Below, piece by piece: positions 1 to 9,207 of a stretch of 33,536 bases of DNA (its first letter is position 1; each line of letters opens with the position of its first letter). The notes under the pieces are model-generated. The model saw only the letters and a list, made by a program, of their open reading frames with translations, was not told the DNA's origin and made no database searches. The stretch lies in the NCBI GenBank assembly GCA_031372065.1, contig JANMKN010000280.1, positions 1 to 33,536 of the forward strand, in the 5' to 3' direction. The translations under genes and the position numbers were made by a program. This DNA is from Abditibacteriaceae bacterium. GTDB lineage: Bacteria > Armatimonadota > Abditibacteriia > Abditibacteriales > Abditibacteriaceae.

Positions 1-151
1 GGCACACCTCCTCTGCCAGGGCATGGTTGCCCAGCTGCCGGCAGGCGGTGGCAAACACCAGGTTCAAGTGCTGCCGCACCACCGCCTCGAAAGCAGTTTC
101 GGAATGGCTCGCTACAAATTCCCGCAGCGGACTGTCATCACCCGTATTCAT
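1..151 (-). CDS. ECF-type RNA polymerase sigma factor, N-terminal fragment (runs off the window edge)
   Basis: Not in the ORF track. Manual translation from ATG at 151 gives MNTGDDSPLREFVASHSETAFEAVVRQHLNLVFATACRQLGNHALAEEVC, the typical ECF region-2 start ('SE.AF..LV.RH.NLV..A.RQ...AEEV') common in Verrucomicrobia. Confidence 0.8.
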   Translation of the reverse strand, partial: MNTGDDSPLREFVASHSETAFEAVVRQHLNLVFATACRQLGNHALAEEVC

Positions 152-334
152 TCTGTCTCTATACTGCCACTCAACTCCATAATCCGCCACGCGCGCGAAA
201 CTTTTTAATCGCATTTAATTAGGGAAGACCCTGCTCGCAGGGAAGGCGTCCGGGGTGCTGAATACCGGTGGCGCGCGTTCCCAAATCATTGCTTTGCCAT
301 TCCTCCCGCGTCGTTCTATAAAGACGCCCCGAAT

Positions 335-3050
335 ATGAGTTCGTCCCGAAGCAGCGTAAGTAAAATCACCGAAGCCACCGCCAGCAGCGCGCCCGCGAAG
401 CGTTTCAAGAAGCTGCTCGTCGCCAATCGCAGCGAAATCGCCATCCGCGTCTTTCGCGCCGCCACCGAACTGGGGATGCGCACCGTCGCCATTTACGCGC
501 AGGAAGACCGGCTTTCCGTGCATCGCTTCAAAGCAGACGAGGCCTACCTGGTCGGTGAAGGCAAAGGTCCCGTCGGCGCGTATCTCGACATTCCCGGCAT
601 CGTCGCGCTCGCCAAGGAGCGGGGTGTGGATTTGATCCATCCCGGTTACGGATTTTTGTCGGAAAACGCCGCGTTTGCCCGCGCGTGCCAGGAAGCTGGC
701 ATCACTTTCGTCGGCCCGCGCGCCGAATTGCTGGAGTTGATGGGCGACAAAGTGGCCGCCCGCGCGCTGGCCCAACGACTGAATATATCCACGCTGCCCG
801 GTACGGAAAATCCGGTGGAAGACCGTGCCGAGGCCTTGAAGATCGCCAAGGAAATTGGTTTCCCACTCATCATCAAGGCGGCCTTTGGTGGCGGCGGTCG
901 CGGCATGCGCGTCGTGACCAAGCCCGGTGACCTAGCGTCGTTGCTGGACGAGGCGCAGAGCGAAGCGGGCCGCGCCTTTGGCAATCCCGCCGTGTTCCTG
1001 GAAAAGTATATTCCTCGCGCCAAACACATCGAAGTGCAAATTCTCGGCGATCAGCACGGCAACGTGCTGCACTTGCACGAACGCGATTGCTCGGTGCAAC
1101 GGCGGCATCAGAAAGTTGTCGAGATTGCGCCGAGCATCGGCTTGGACGAAAAAGTTCGCGACGAATTGTGTGAGGCCGCCGCGCGGATGGCGCGCGAGAT
1201 CGGCTACGACAACGCCGGCACCATCGAGTTTCTCTACGATCTCGACCGACACGAGTGGTTCTTCATCGAGATGAACCCGCGCATCCAGGTGGAGCACACG
1301 GTCACGGAAGTCATCACGGGAATCGATCTGGTTCGCTCGCAGATTCTCGTGGCGCAAGGGCACGACTTGTTTGGCTCGACGCTCGACCTGCCGCCGCAGG
1401 ACAAAATCCCACGCAACGGTTTTGCTGTCCAATGCCGCGTCACCACCGAAGACCCGGAAAACAAGTTCACGCCCGACTACGGCAAGATTCTCACCTACCG
1501 TTCAGCGGGCGGCCTGGGCATCCGTCTCGATGGCGGCATGGGCAACGCGGGCAGCGTCATCACGCCGTATTACGATTCATTGCTCGTAAAGATCACGGCG
1601 TCGGATCGGACGTTTCCGCAGGCGCTTCTGCGCATGGACCGGGCATTGCGCGAATTCCGCATCCGCGGAGTGAAGACGAATATTCCCTTTCTCGAAAATC
1701 TCATTGCCAACGAAACCTTTCGCTCGGGTCAGGCGGCGACGACGCTAATCGACACCACGCCGGAGTTGTTCGCCTACAAGCCGCGTCGCGATCGGGCGTC
1801 CAAGCTGCTCGCGTTCCTTGGCGACGTCGTCATCAACGGCAATCCGCAGGCCAAGGGTCATGCACTCAAAGGGCCGTTGCCGGCCGCGCTGCCGCCGGCC
1901 TACGACCATAAACAGGCACCGCCCGCCGGGACGCGTCAGTTGTTGCTCGAGCTTGGCCCAAAAAAATTCGCCGAGTGGACCCTCCGGCAAAAGCAGTTGC
2001 TGATCACCGACACAACCTTTCGTGATGCGCATCAATCACTGCTCGCCACGCGCGTCCGCACTTACGACATGCTGGCGACCGCCGAGGCCGTCGCGCGGCG
2101 TACCCCGCAACTGTTCAGCCTCGAAATGTGGGGCGGCGCGACGTTCGACACCGCGATGCGCTTTCTGCACGAAGATCCGTGGCATCGTTTGAACCTGCTG
2201 CGGGAACGGATTCCGAATATTTGTTTCCAGATGCTCTTCCGCGGTTCAAACGCGGTCGGCTATTCGAATTATCCCGACAATGTCGTCGCCGGTTTCGTGA
2301 AGCACGCTGCTGCGTCGGGCATGGACATTTTCCGTGTTTTCGATTCGCTCAACTACACCCCCAACCTCAAGGTGGCGATGGAGGCAGTGCAGGAGACGCA
2401 CGCCGTGTGCGAGGCCGCGATCTGCTATACGGGCGACATCCTTGACCCAAGGCGCGACAAGTATTCGCTGAAATATTATGTGAAGCTGGCGAAAGAGCTG
2501 GAGAAAATGGGCGCGCATTTTCTCGCCATCAAGGACATGGCCGGACTGTGCCGGCCCTACGCGGCGTTCAAGCTGGTGAAGGCGTTGAAGGAGGCGATTG
2601 GAATTCCAGTGCATTTCCACACCCATGATTCGAGCGGCATCAACGCCTCGTCCATTCTCCGCGCCAGCGATGCGGGCGTGGATGTCGTCGATCTCGCGCT
2701 CGCCGCGATGTCGGGTTCGACGAGTCAGCCGAATTTGAATTCCCTCGCCGCCGCGCTGCAACACACGCCGCGTGAGACCGGTCTGAATCTTGAGGCGCTT
2801 AATGAGTTTTCAAATTATTGGGAACAAGTGCGCGCTTTCTACGCGCCTTTCGATACCGCGCCGCGCAGTGGGAGCGCGGATGTTTACCTGCACGAGATGC
2901 CCGGCGGCCAGTACACCAACCTTAAGGAACAGGCCGCCAGCATGGGTCTGGCTGGCCGCTGGCCGGAGATCGCCCGCACGTATGCCGAGGTGAACCAGCT
3001 CTTCGGCGACATCGTGAAGGTCACGCCGAGCAGCAAGGTCGTGGGTGATC
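335..3050 (+). CDS. pyc: Pyruvate carboxylase, 3'-truncated (biotin carboxylase and carboxyltransferase domains; C-terminal biotin carrier missing)
   Basis: Motifs LVANRSEIA, HPGYGFLSEN, GGGGRGMR, ERDCSVQRRHQKV, EMNPRIQVEH, DTTFRDAHQSL, EMWGGATFD, IKDMAG, HFHTH and HEMPGGQYTNL. Homology ends at KVTPSSKVVGD; there is no AMKM biotinylation motif. Confidence 0.95.
3047..3050. other. Probable chimeric junction at a GATC (Sau3AI/MboI) site
   Basis: pyc homology ends exactly at GAT-C, and base composition and codon usage change abruptly afterwards. Confidence 0.75.
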
Positions 3051-3106
3051 CTAACGAGAATCAAGGAAATCTTTTTTCCTTTTCTCTTTCGCTGAATCGC
3101 TGGCAC

Positions 3107-3150
3107 AAATCAAAAGCCCGCCACGAAAACTCGTGGCGGGCTTTTGATTT
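3107..3150. terminator. Intrinsic, potentially bidirectional terminator downstream of the sigma factor gene
   Basis: Perfect 20-bp inverted repeat AAATCAAAAGCCCGCCACGA-aaac-TCGTGGCGGGCTTTTGATTT, 9 nt past the sigma stop codon. Confidence 0.85.
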
Positions 3151-3159
3151 TGTCGGATG

Positions 3160-4062
3160 CTACTTTTCTTCGACATTGCCAACGGCGTTAGACAGGCTGC
3201 TTTTGCGCAGTTTGCGCAAGGCTTGTCCTTCGATTTGGCGGACGCGTTCGCGGCTGACTTTGAAGTGCGCACCAAGTTCCTGCAAAGTGTGCGCTTTGCC
3301 ACCGTGCAAACCATAACGCAAATTCACAACTTCGCGTTCGCGCTCGGTCAGGTCGTTCAAGGCTTCGCGCACTTCTTCGCGCAGAATGGCCGTTTCGGCG
3401 GCTTCTTCGGGCACGATGGCATCGCCGTCTTTCAGCATATCAATGAAATCTTCGCCGTCGCCCGCGTCGCCGATTTCATCGTCCAGCGAAAAAGTTTCCG
3501 CCATGTTGAGCAACACCAAAGCGGCGGTGTCTTTCGACACGTTCAGCTTGGCAGCCAATTCATCCACGGTTGGCTGGCGCCCCAAGGCTTGAACCAACAA
3601 AGCGATGGTGCGATAAGCGGTTTTGGTTAGTTCGGCGATGTGCGCTGGCACGCGCACCATTTTCGCTTGGTCGGCGATGGCGCGGCTCATGGCCTGACGA
3701 ATCCAGAACGAGGCATAAGTGCTAAAACGATAGCCCAACGCCGGATCAAACTTGCGTGCGGCGCGCATCAGGCCAAAATTGCCTTCCTGAATCAGGTCGG
3801 CCAAAGTCAGCGAGTGATTGTGGCCCTGATGCAGTTGCTTCAAGGCCATGGTGATAACAAGACGAAGATTCGCCTCAACCATACGCTTGTAGGCAGCTTC
3901 ATCGCCCTGTGCGATGCGACGCCCCAAGTCCTTTTCTTCGGTTGCGGTCAGAAGTGGCGTCTTTTGCGCCATCTTCACCCATGCGGCGACGGCATCCGGT
4001 AACGCCGCCGAAGTGGCTTCAACGCCGCGCGAGCTTTGTCCATTTGGATATTGTTTGCTCAT
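3160..4062 (-). CDS. RpoD-like sigma-70 family factor lacking region 1.1 (alternative/group 2-like)
   Basis: PLLTATEE (1.2), ANLRLV, DLIQEGNFGLMRAARKFDP.LGYRFSTYA (region 2), TLQELG.HF.VSRERVRQIE..ALRKLR (4.2). ATG at 4062 is preceded by GGAG. Confidence 0.92.
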   Translation of the reverse strand: MSKQYPNGQSSRGVEATSAALPDAVAAWVKMAQKTPLLTATEEKDLGRRIAQGDEAAYKRMVEANLRLVITMALKQLHQGHNHSLTLADLIQEGNFGLMRAARKFDPALGYRFSTYASFWIRQAMSRAIADQAKMVRVPAHIAELTKTAYRTIALLVQALGRQPTVDELAAKLNVSKDTAALVLLNMAETFSLDDEIGDAGDGEDFIDMLKDGDAIVPEEAAETAILREEVREALNDLTEREREVVNLRYGLHGGKAHTLQELGAHFKVSRERVRQIEGQALRKLRKSSLSNAVGNVEEK

Positions 4063-4856
4063 AATCTCCACCCCCGAATGGTTACGACTGCGATTGTGAT
4101 TTCCATAAATTTTCGTGGTTCGTGTGACACGTTCTGCTTGCGGTCATTCCACATCATCCTACCCGGTTAATTCCATTTTTTGCATGACCAACACGACGCT
4201 TCACAGCGCCAGTTCACGAACACGGCGTGTTTTGGTCAGTTGACAATTCAATTGACAATCTGACATTGGTTGGGCGTTCGCTCATGCGGATAAAATCGAA
4301 TTAAAAAGCGGTTAATCCTGATGGATGATGGTTGTTTGGATGATGGTTGTGGAAACGCTTGCCTGTTGGCGGTTGATTAATTTTCGGTGGCTCTTTGGCC
4401 CCATAAAGCCGCGCCCGGCGTGGCGTAAAATTTAACCTCAATCCTCACTACGACTTTCCGAAATACAACTCCTCAATGACCGGTGAACGGCCTTGCTTTT
4501 CGACAAAAACAGCTGTTCTTTCGCTGTGCCTTCAACAGACACAAACCCTTAGAATAGCAGCTCGTTAGACAAAAGGCAAGCAAAACTTTAGCTTAGACCT
4601 TGCGTGTTTTTCTTCGTTGTGCTAACGCACTCGCCTTTTTTCGCAATAGACTTCTGATGAACTTAAACTCAATGATCTTTCAGATTGGTCTTTCAAATTC
4701 AACGCGTGCCGGACGAACGCTTATGTCGCGGCGTTCCGGGCGAAGTTAGGACATTTCGCCTTGTTGCAGACGAACAGGATTTATTTGGATTTGAATGGTA
4801 GCAACGATGCAAAGAGCATTATGAGTAATGAGTTGTAAACATTACAGGTGTTGGCA

Positions 4857-4894
4857 TTAACGCCTCGTTAAAGACAACGTATAATTTGCATTAA
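4857..4894 (+). promoter_or_regulatory. Putative promoter with phased TTAA repeats upstream of the response regulator
   Basis: TATAAT at 4880-4885 with TTAACG 17 bp upstream. TTAA occurs at 4857, 4868 and 4891, in roughly 11-bp phase like OmpR-family operators. Confidence 0.4.
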
Positions 4895-4927
4895 GACTGC
4901 CTATTTCGGGGAAAGGCCATAAAGCAT

Positions 4928-5653
4928 ATGACAGCAAACAACAAAACTGAAAAACCAATGAACACATTAACTTCCGTGCTGATTATCGAGGATGATCCCG
5001 TCATGAGCCGTTATTTGGCCGTTTCATTGGAAAAGCATGGCTTTCAGCCCCACGAAGCGGCGAGCGGAGAAATCGGACTCGAACGCGCCGCTGCTCTCTC
5101 GCCCCATATTGTATTGCTGGATTTAGGCTTGCCCGATATTACCGGGCTGGAAGTTTTAAGGCGCTTACAAGAATGGAGCCGCGCGCCGGTTATTGTGCTA
5201 TCGGCGAATGAAGAAGAAGAAACCAAAGTTCAGGCATTGGATGGCGGTGCGTGCGATTATGTCACCAAGCCTGTTGGGTTGCCCGAATTGTTAGCACGTT
5301 TACGAGTGGCACTGCGCTACGCGGCGCGCAGTGATGCCGAAGATAATGCCATTCGTCAATTTGGTAACGTCGAAATGGATTTCCTTCACCATCGCATCAC
5401 GCGCGAGGGACAGGAAATTCGCCTTACTCCTACTCAATATAAAATGCTGGCCCTTCTGGTGAGACGCGCCGGTCAAGTGGTCACGCATCGCCAGATGCTC
5501 CGTGAAGTGTGGGGGCCAGAATATGCGACAGAAACCAATTATCTGCGCGTTTATATGAAGCAACTCCGAGAAAAATTAGAAGATAATCCTGCGCAACCAC
5601 GTTATTTACTGAATGAACCCGGCATTGGCTATCGCTTGCAATCGGACGCATAG
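4928..5653 (+). CDS. OmpR-family response regulator, KdpE-like (alternative start 4958)
   Basis: Receiver motifs IIEDD, LLDLGLPD..G and DYVTKP. Winged helix LTPTQYKML..L...AGQVVTHRQML.EVWG....ETNYLRVYM.QLREKLE.NP.QPRYL..EPGIGYR is typical of KdpE. Confidence 0.9.
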   Translation: MTANNKTEKPMNTLTSVLIIEDDPVMSRYLAVSLEKHGFQPHEAASGEIGLERAAALSPHIVLLDLGLPDITGLEVLRRLQEWSRAPVIVLSANEEEETKVQALDGGACDYVTKPVGLPELLARLRVALRYAARSDAEDNAIRQFGNVEMDFLHHRITREGQEIRLTPTQYKMLALLVRRAGQVVTHRQMLREVWGPEYATETNYLRVYMKQLREKLEDNPAQPRYLLNEPGIGYRLQSDA

Positions 5654-5693
5654 TTTTTGGCAGATTCTCCAAAATCAGTAAACTGCCACAGCT

Positions 5694-8594
5694 ATGTCCG
5701 AACAGAGTGAGAATTCAAACCAACCAGCGCCACAGCCTTTTTCAATGCCAACTTCCTTCGACCCTCATCCTGTCGAAGCCAAGTGGTATGCCTTCTGGCA
5801 GGAACACAATTATTTTGCGCCCGACCAAAATAACGCCGCCAACGGGCGTTATTGCATCACCATTCCGCCGCCTAATGTGACCGGAGTGCTGCATCTGGGC
5901 CACGCCCTGCAACATTCGATTCACGATTGCCTGATTCGCTACCATCGCATGAAAGGCGAAGCGACTTTGTGCGTGCCGGGCACCGACCACGCGAGCATTG
6001 GCACGCAAGTGAAAGTCGAGCAATTTCTGCGCGAAACCGAAGGCAAAACGCGTCACGACCTTGGCCGTGAGGAGTTTTTGCGTCGTTCGTGGGTTTGGAA
6101 AGACAAATACGGGCGCACCATCATTGAACAGATGAAATCGCTCGGCTGCTCTTACGATTGGTCGCGCGAGCGTTTCACGATGGATGAAGACTATTCGCGC
6201 GCAGTGCTGACGGTTTTCAAAGAATGGTTCGATAAAAAGCTGATTTATCGCGGTTTGCGCCTTGTCAACTGGTCGCCCGGCGCGCAAAGCACAGTTTCCG
6301 ATTTGGAAATCGAAAAACGCGAAGTGCAAAGCCATTTGTGGCACTTCAAATATCCCGTCAAAGATTCAAACCGTTTCATTGTTGTCGCTACCACGCGCCC
6401 TGAAACTATGCTGGGCGACACGGCTGTAGCTGTGCATCCACATGATGAACGCTACACCGATTTAATCGGCAAAACCATCGTTTTGCCCTTGGTGAATCGT
6501 GAAATTCCGGTTGTAGCCGACGATTATGTGGATAAAGAATTCGGGACAGGAGCGGTCAAAGTGACGCCCGCACATGACCCGAACGACTACGAAATCGGCC
6601 AACGCCATAATTTGCCGATGATTACCGTTATCGGTTTCGATGCCAAAATGACGGAGGCAGCGGGCACTTATGCGGGCTTGACACGAGAAGAAGCGCGCGA
6701 AGCCGTCGTGAACGATTTAAAAGCGCAAGGTTTTCTCGAAAAAATCGAGCCGTATTCGCATTCCGTCGGCCATTGTTCGCGCACCGGTGTAGTCATTGAG
6801 CCGCTACTTTCCGAGCAATGGTTTGTGGACATGAAAGAATTAGCGCGCCCCGTCGCCGATGCAATTCGCAAAGGACAGCGCGGAGAAAAAGATAGTGTTC
6901 GCTATGTGCCCGAACGCGCCGCCGAAACTTCCTTAGTGTGGCTGGATGATATACGCGATTGGTGTATTTCGCGCCAATTGTGGTGGGGCCATCGCATTCC
7001 GATTTATTACGGGCCAAACGGCGAAATCAAATGCTCGCTTGAACCAATTACCGAACCCGGTTGGACGCAAGACAAAGACGTTCTCGACACTTGGTTTTCC
7101 TCGGCGCTATGGCCCTTTGCCGTTCTGGGTTGGCCCGATAAATTTGAGAAAGAATGGTATCCGACCAATGTTCTCATTACGGGCCGTGACATCTTGAATT
7201 TATGGGTGTCGCGCATGATTTTGACGAGCCTTGATTTCGTGGATGACATTCCGTTTCACGATGTTTTAGTGCATCCAACGGTGCAGGATTGCTTTGGCCT
7301 CCGTATGAGCAAAAGCCTCGGAACCGGCATTGATCCGATGGCGCTGATTGAAACTTATGGCGCCGATGCCACACGTTTTGGCCTTTTGCAATTGGCCGGT
7401 GGCGCGCAAGACGTGCGTTTCATTGACCAAGCCGAAGTTGCCCTCGGCGAAGAAAATGTGCGCCGCTGGGTCAAAGAACAACAAGGCAAACCGCTGCCGC
7501 TCATATGGGATGGCAAACCAACCGAACGCTATCCGCAAATGCAATCGGCGCGCAATTTTGCCAACAAAATTTGGAATGCAAGCCGGTTTGTGTTGAGTAG
7601 CCAACAGTCCGCGATTAGTAGTCAGCCGATTGAGGCACATGATTTAGCTTCGCGCTGGATTTTGGCACAACTTTGGTGGGCGGTAAACGATGTAACGAAT
7701 GCTCTCAATGAGTATCAATTCGATGTTGCGGCAAATCGGCTTTATACATTCATCTGGGGTGATTTTTGCGACTGGTTCGTAGAATTGTCCAAACCGAAAC
7801 TGCGCGCAGTTGATGAATCACATGGCACTTTAATAGTTTTCGTATTAGAAAACATATTGCGTTTACTCCATCCCTTCATGCCATTCCTTAGCGAGGAAAT
7901 CTGGCAGCAATTGCCGGGTGAGCGAAGTGGCGAATCTCTCTGCAAGGCAACGTGGCCGATGCAGGATAAAGCCTTTAATCAACATATTGATGATGTATTT
8001 GGTGAGCAATCGCCAATTCCGCGTCCACAAATGATACAGGAACTCTATATTGGTGAACCGCGCCCCTTCTCGCGAGAATTAGATGCGGCAACAGGAATCC
8101 TGACGCGTATGCAGTCAGTGCAACTGGATTTCACAATTATCCAAGAAACCATTCGCGCCGCGCGAAATTTGCGCGCGGAGGCGAAATTGCCGCCTTCGCA
8201 AAAGCTGAATATGACTTTGGTAGCGCTAAACGAAAAATCCAAGTTCTTGCTAAACGAAAATGTCCATTACATCACGCAATTGGCGAATTTGGAAAATGCT
8301 TCAGTCGTTGGAAGTGATGCGCCGCGCCCGCAAAATGCGCTGTCGGCTTCGCTGAGTGGCGTGGAAATTTTCCTGCCGCTCGAAGGTTTGATTGATGTCG
8401 AACGCGAAACGGCGCGCTTGCAAAAAGAAATCGCCGAGCGAGAAAACGATTTAAAACGCGTCGAAGCGAAATTGTCCAATCCTCAATTTACCGAAAAAGC
8501 GCCGCCCGCTGTAGTTGCCAAAGAAGAAGCCAAACGCGACGAAAATAGGGCAGCTCTTGCCAAACTGCGCGAACGTCTGGCCGCGTTAGACTGA
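5694..8594 (+). CDS. valS: Valine--tRNA ligase
   Basis: PPPNVTGVLHLGHA (HIGH), GTDHASIGTQ, VATTRPET, GTGAVKVTPAHD, DWCISRQLWWGHRIP, DVLDTWFSS, RMSKS, and a C-terminal coiled-coil arm. Confidence 0.98.
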   Translation: MSEQSENSNQPAPQPFSMPTSFDPHPVEAKWYAFWQEHNYFAPDQNNAANGRYCITIPPPNVTGVLHLGHALQHSIHDCLIRYHRMKGEATLCVPGTDHASIGTQVKVEQFLRETEGKTRHDLGREEFLRRSWVWKDKYGRTIIEQMKSLGCSYDWSRERFTMDEDYSRAVLTVFKEWFDKKLIYRGLRLVNWSPGAQSTVSDLEIEKREVQSHLWHFKYPVKDSNRFIVVATTRPETMLGDTAVAVHPHDERYTDLIGKTIVLPLVNREIPVVADDYVDKEFGTGAVKVTPAHDPNDYEIGQRHNLPMITVIGFDAKMTEAAGTYAGLTREEAREAVVNDLKAQGFLEKIEPYSHSVGHCSRTGVVIEPLLSEQWFVDMKELARPVADAIRKGQRGEKDSVRYVPERAAETSLVWLDDIRDWCISRQLWWGHRIPIYYGPNGEIKCSLEPITEPGWTQDKDVLDTWFSSALWPFAVLGWPDKFEKEWYPTNVLITGRDILNLWVSRMILTSLDFVDDIPFHDVLVHPTVQDCFGLRMSKSLGTGIDPMALIETYGADATRFGLLQLAGGAQDVRFIDQAEVALGEENVRRWVKEQQGKPLPLIWDGKPTERYPQMQSARNFANKIWNASRFVLSSQQSAISSQPIEAHDLASRWILAQLWWAVNDVTNALNEYQFDVAANRLYTFIWGDFCDWFVELSKPKLRAVDESHGTLIVFVLENILRLLHPFMPFLSEEIWQQLPGERSGESLCKATWPMQDKAFNQHIDDVFGEQSPIPRPQMIQELYIGEPRPFSRELDAATGILTRMQSVQLDFTIIQETIRAARNLRAEAKLPPSQKLNMTLVALNEKSKFLLNENVHYITQLANLENASVVGSDAPRPQNALSASLSGVEIFLPLEGLIDVERETARLQKEIAERENDLKRVEAKLSNPQFTEKAPPAVVAKEEAKRDENRAALAKLRERLAALD

Positions 8595-8611
8595 AGCAGA
8601 AGGGAAAAACC

Positions 8612-8815
8612 ATGACGACAATCACGATTGTTCTCGAAGACGAATTGGCTGCGCTCTTACGCGATGAGGCCCAAAATTTGGGCGTGGAGCCGGAAGATTT
8701 GGCGCGGCACGGCGTTGAAAATCTGTTGGCGGGCAGCAAGAACAATCCAGACTTTCAAGCGGCTCTGGCGGCAGTGCTGGAAGAGAACGCCGAGTTATAC
8801 AGGCGGTTGGCCTGA
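8612..8815 (+). CDS. Putative antitoxin (RHH/CopG-like N-terminus)
   Basis: 67 aa. Starts MTTITIVLEDEL...L...A...GV..E.L and ends ENAELYRRLA. Its TGA overlaps the ATG of the Doc gene. Confidence 0.7.
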   Translation: MTTITIVLEDELAALLRDEAQNLGVEPEDLARHGVENLLAGSKNNPDFQAALAAVLEENAELYRRLA

Positions 8816-9204
8816 TGGTGCGCTACCTTTCTCTCGAACAAGTTTTGGAAGCTCACAGGCAAATTATTATCGAATCTGGAGGAGGCGATGGCGTGCGCGA
8901 CAGAGGCACTGTTGAATCGGCTATCGCTCAACCGGCGATGACATTTGGCGGTCAGGAACTATATCCTTCACTCAAAGCAAAAGCAGCGGCCCTTGGCTTT
9001 TCGCTTATCAACAATCACCCATTTGTGGACGGCAATAAGCGCATCGGTCACGCCACAATGGCAACCTTTGTTCGCTTGAACGGCTTTCGCATTAGCGCGC
9101 CCGTTGACGAGCAAGAAGTCTTTGTTTTGCGCTTGGCCGCAGGCGAAGCCACACGCGAAGAATTAGTCGAATGGCTGCGCGCTCATATAATTCCTCTTTC
9201 CTAA
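8815..9204 (+). CDS. doc: Type II toxin, death-on-curing (Fic/Doc) family
   Basis: HPFVDGNKRIG motif, GGGDGVRD.G..ESA.AQP, 129 aa. Confidence 0.92.
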   Translation: MVRYLSLEQVLEAHRQIIIESGGGDGVRDRGTVESAIAQPAMTFGGQELYPSLKAKAAALGFSLINNHPFVDGNKRIGHATMATFVRLNGFRISAPVDEQEVFVLRLAAGEATREELVEWLRAHIIPLS

Positions 9205-9207
9205 ACC

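Noticed and set aside
23..208. 61-aa + strand ORF
   Set aside because: Shadow of the ECF sigma fragment on the - strand.
3051..3316. Novel C-terminal domain fused to pyruvate carboxylase (993-aa ORF)
   Set aside because: This is read-through past the junction. It crosses a terminator and overlaps the sigma gene antisense.
4240..4265. Sigma-70 promoter from perfect TTGACA hexamers
   Set aside because: No -10 element at 16-18 bp spacing.
4072..4927. tRNA, known riboswitch or T-box in the long intergenic region
   Set aside because: No recognisable consensus by eye; an Rfam search is needed.
7595..7630. Heptamer-repeat remnant encoding SSQQSAISSQP in valS
   Set aside because: The periodicity is too degenerate to support.
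7959..8125. Intein in valS
   Set aside because: Too short, and lacks a C/S start and HN-C/S/T end.
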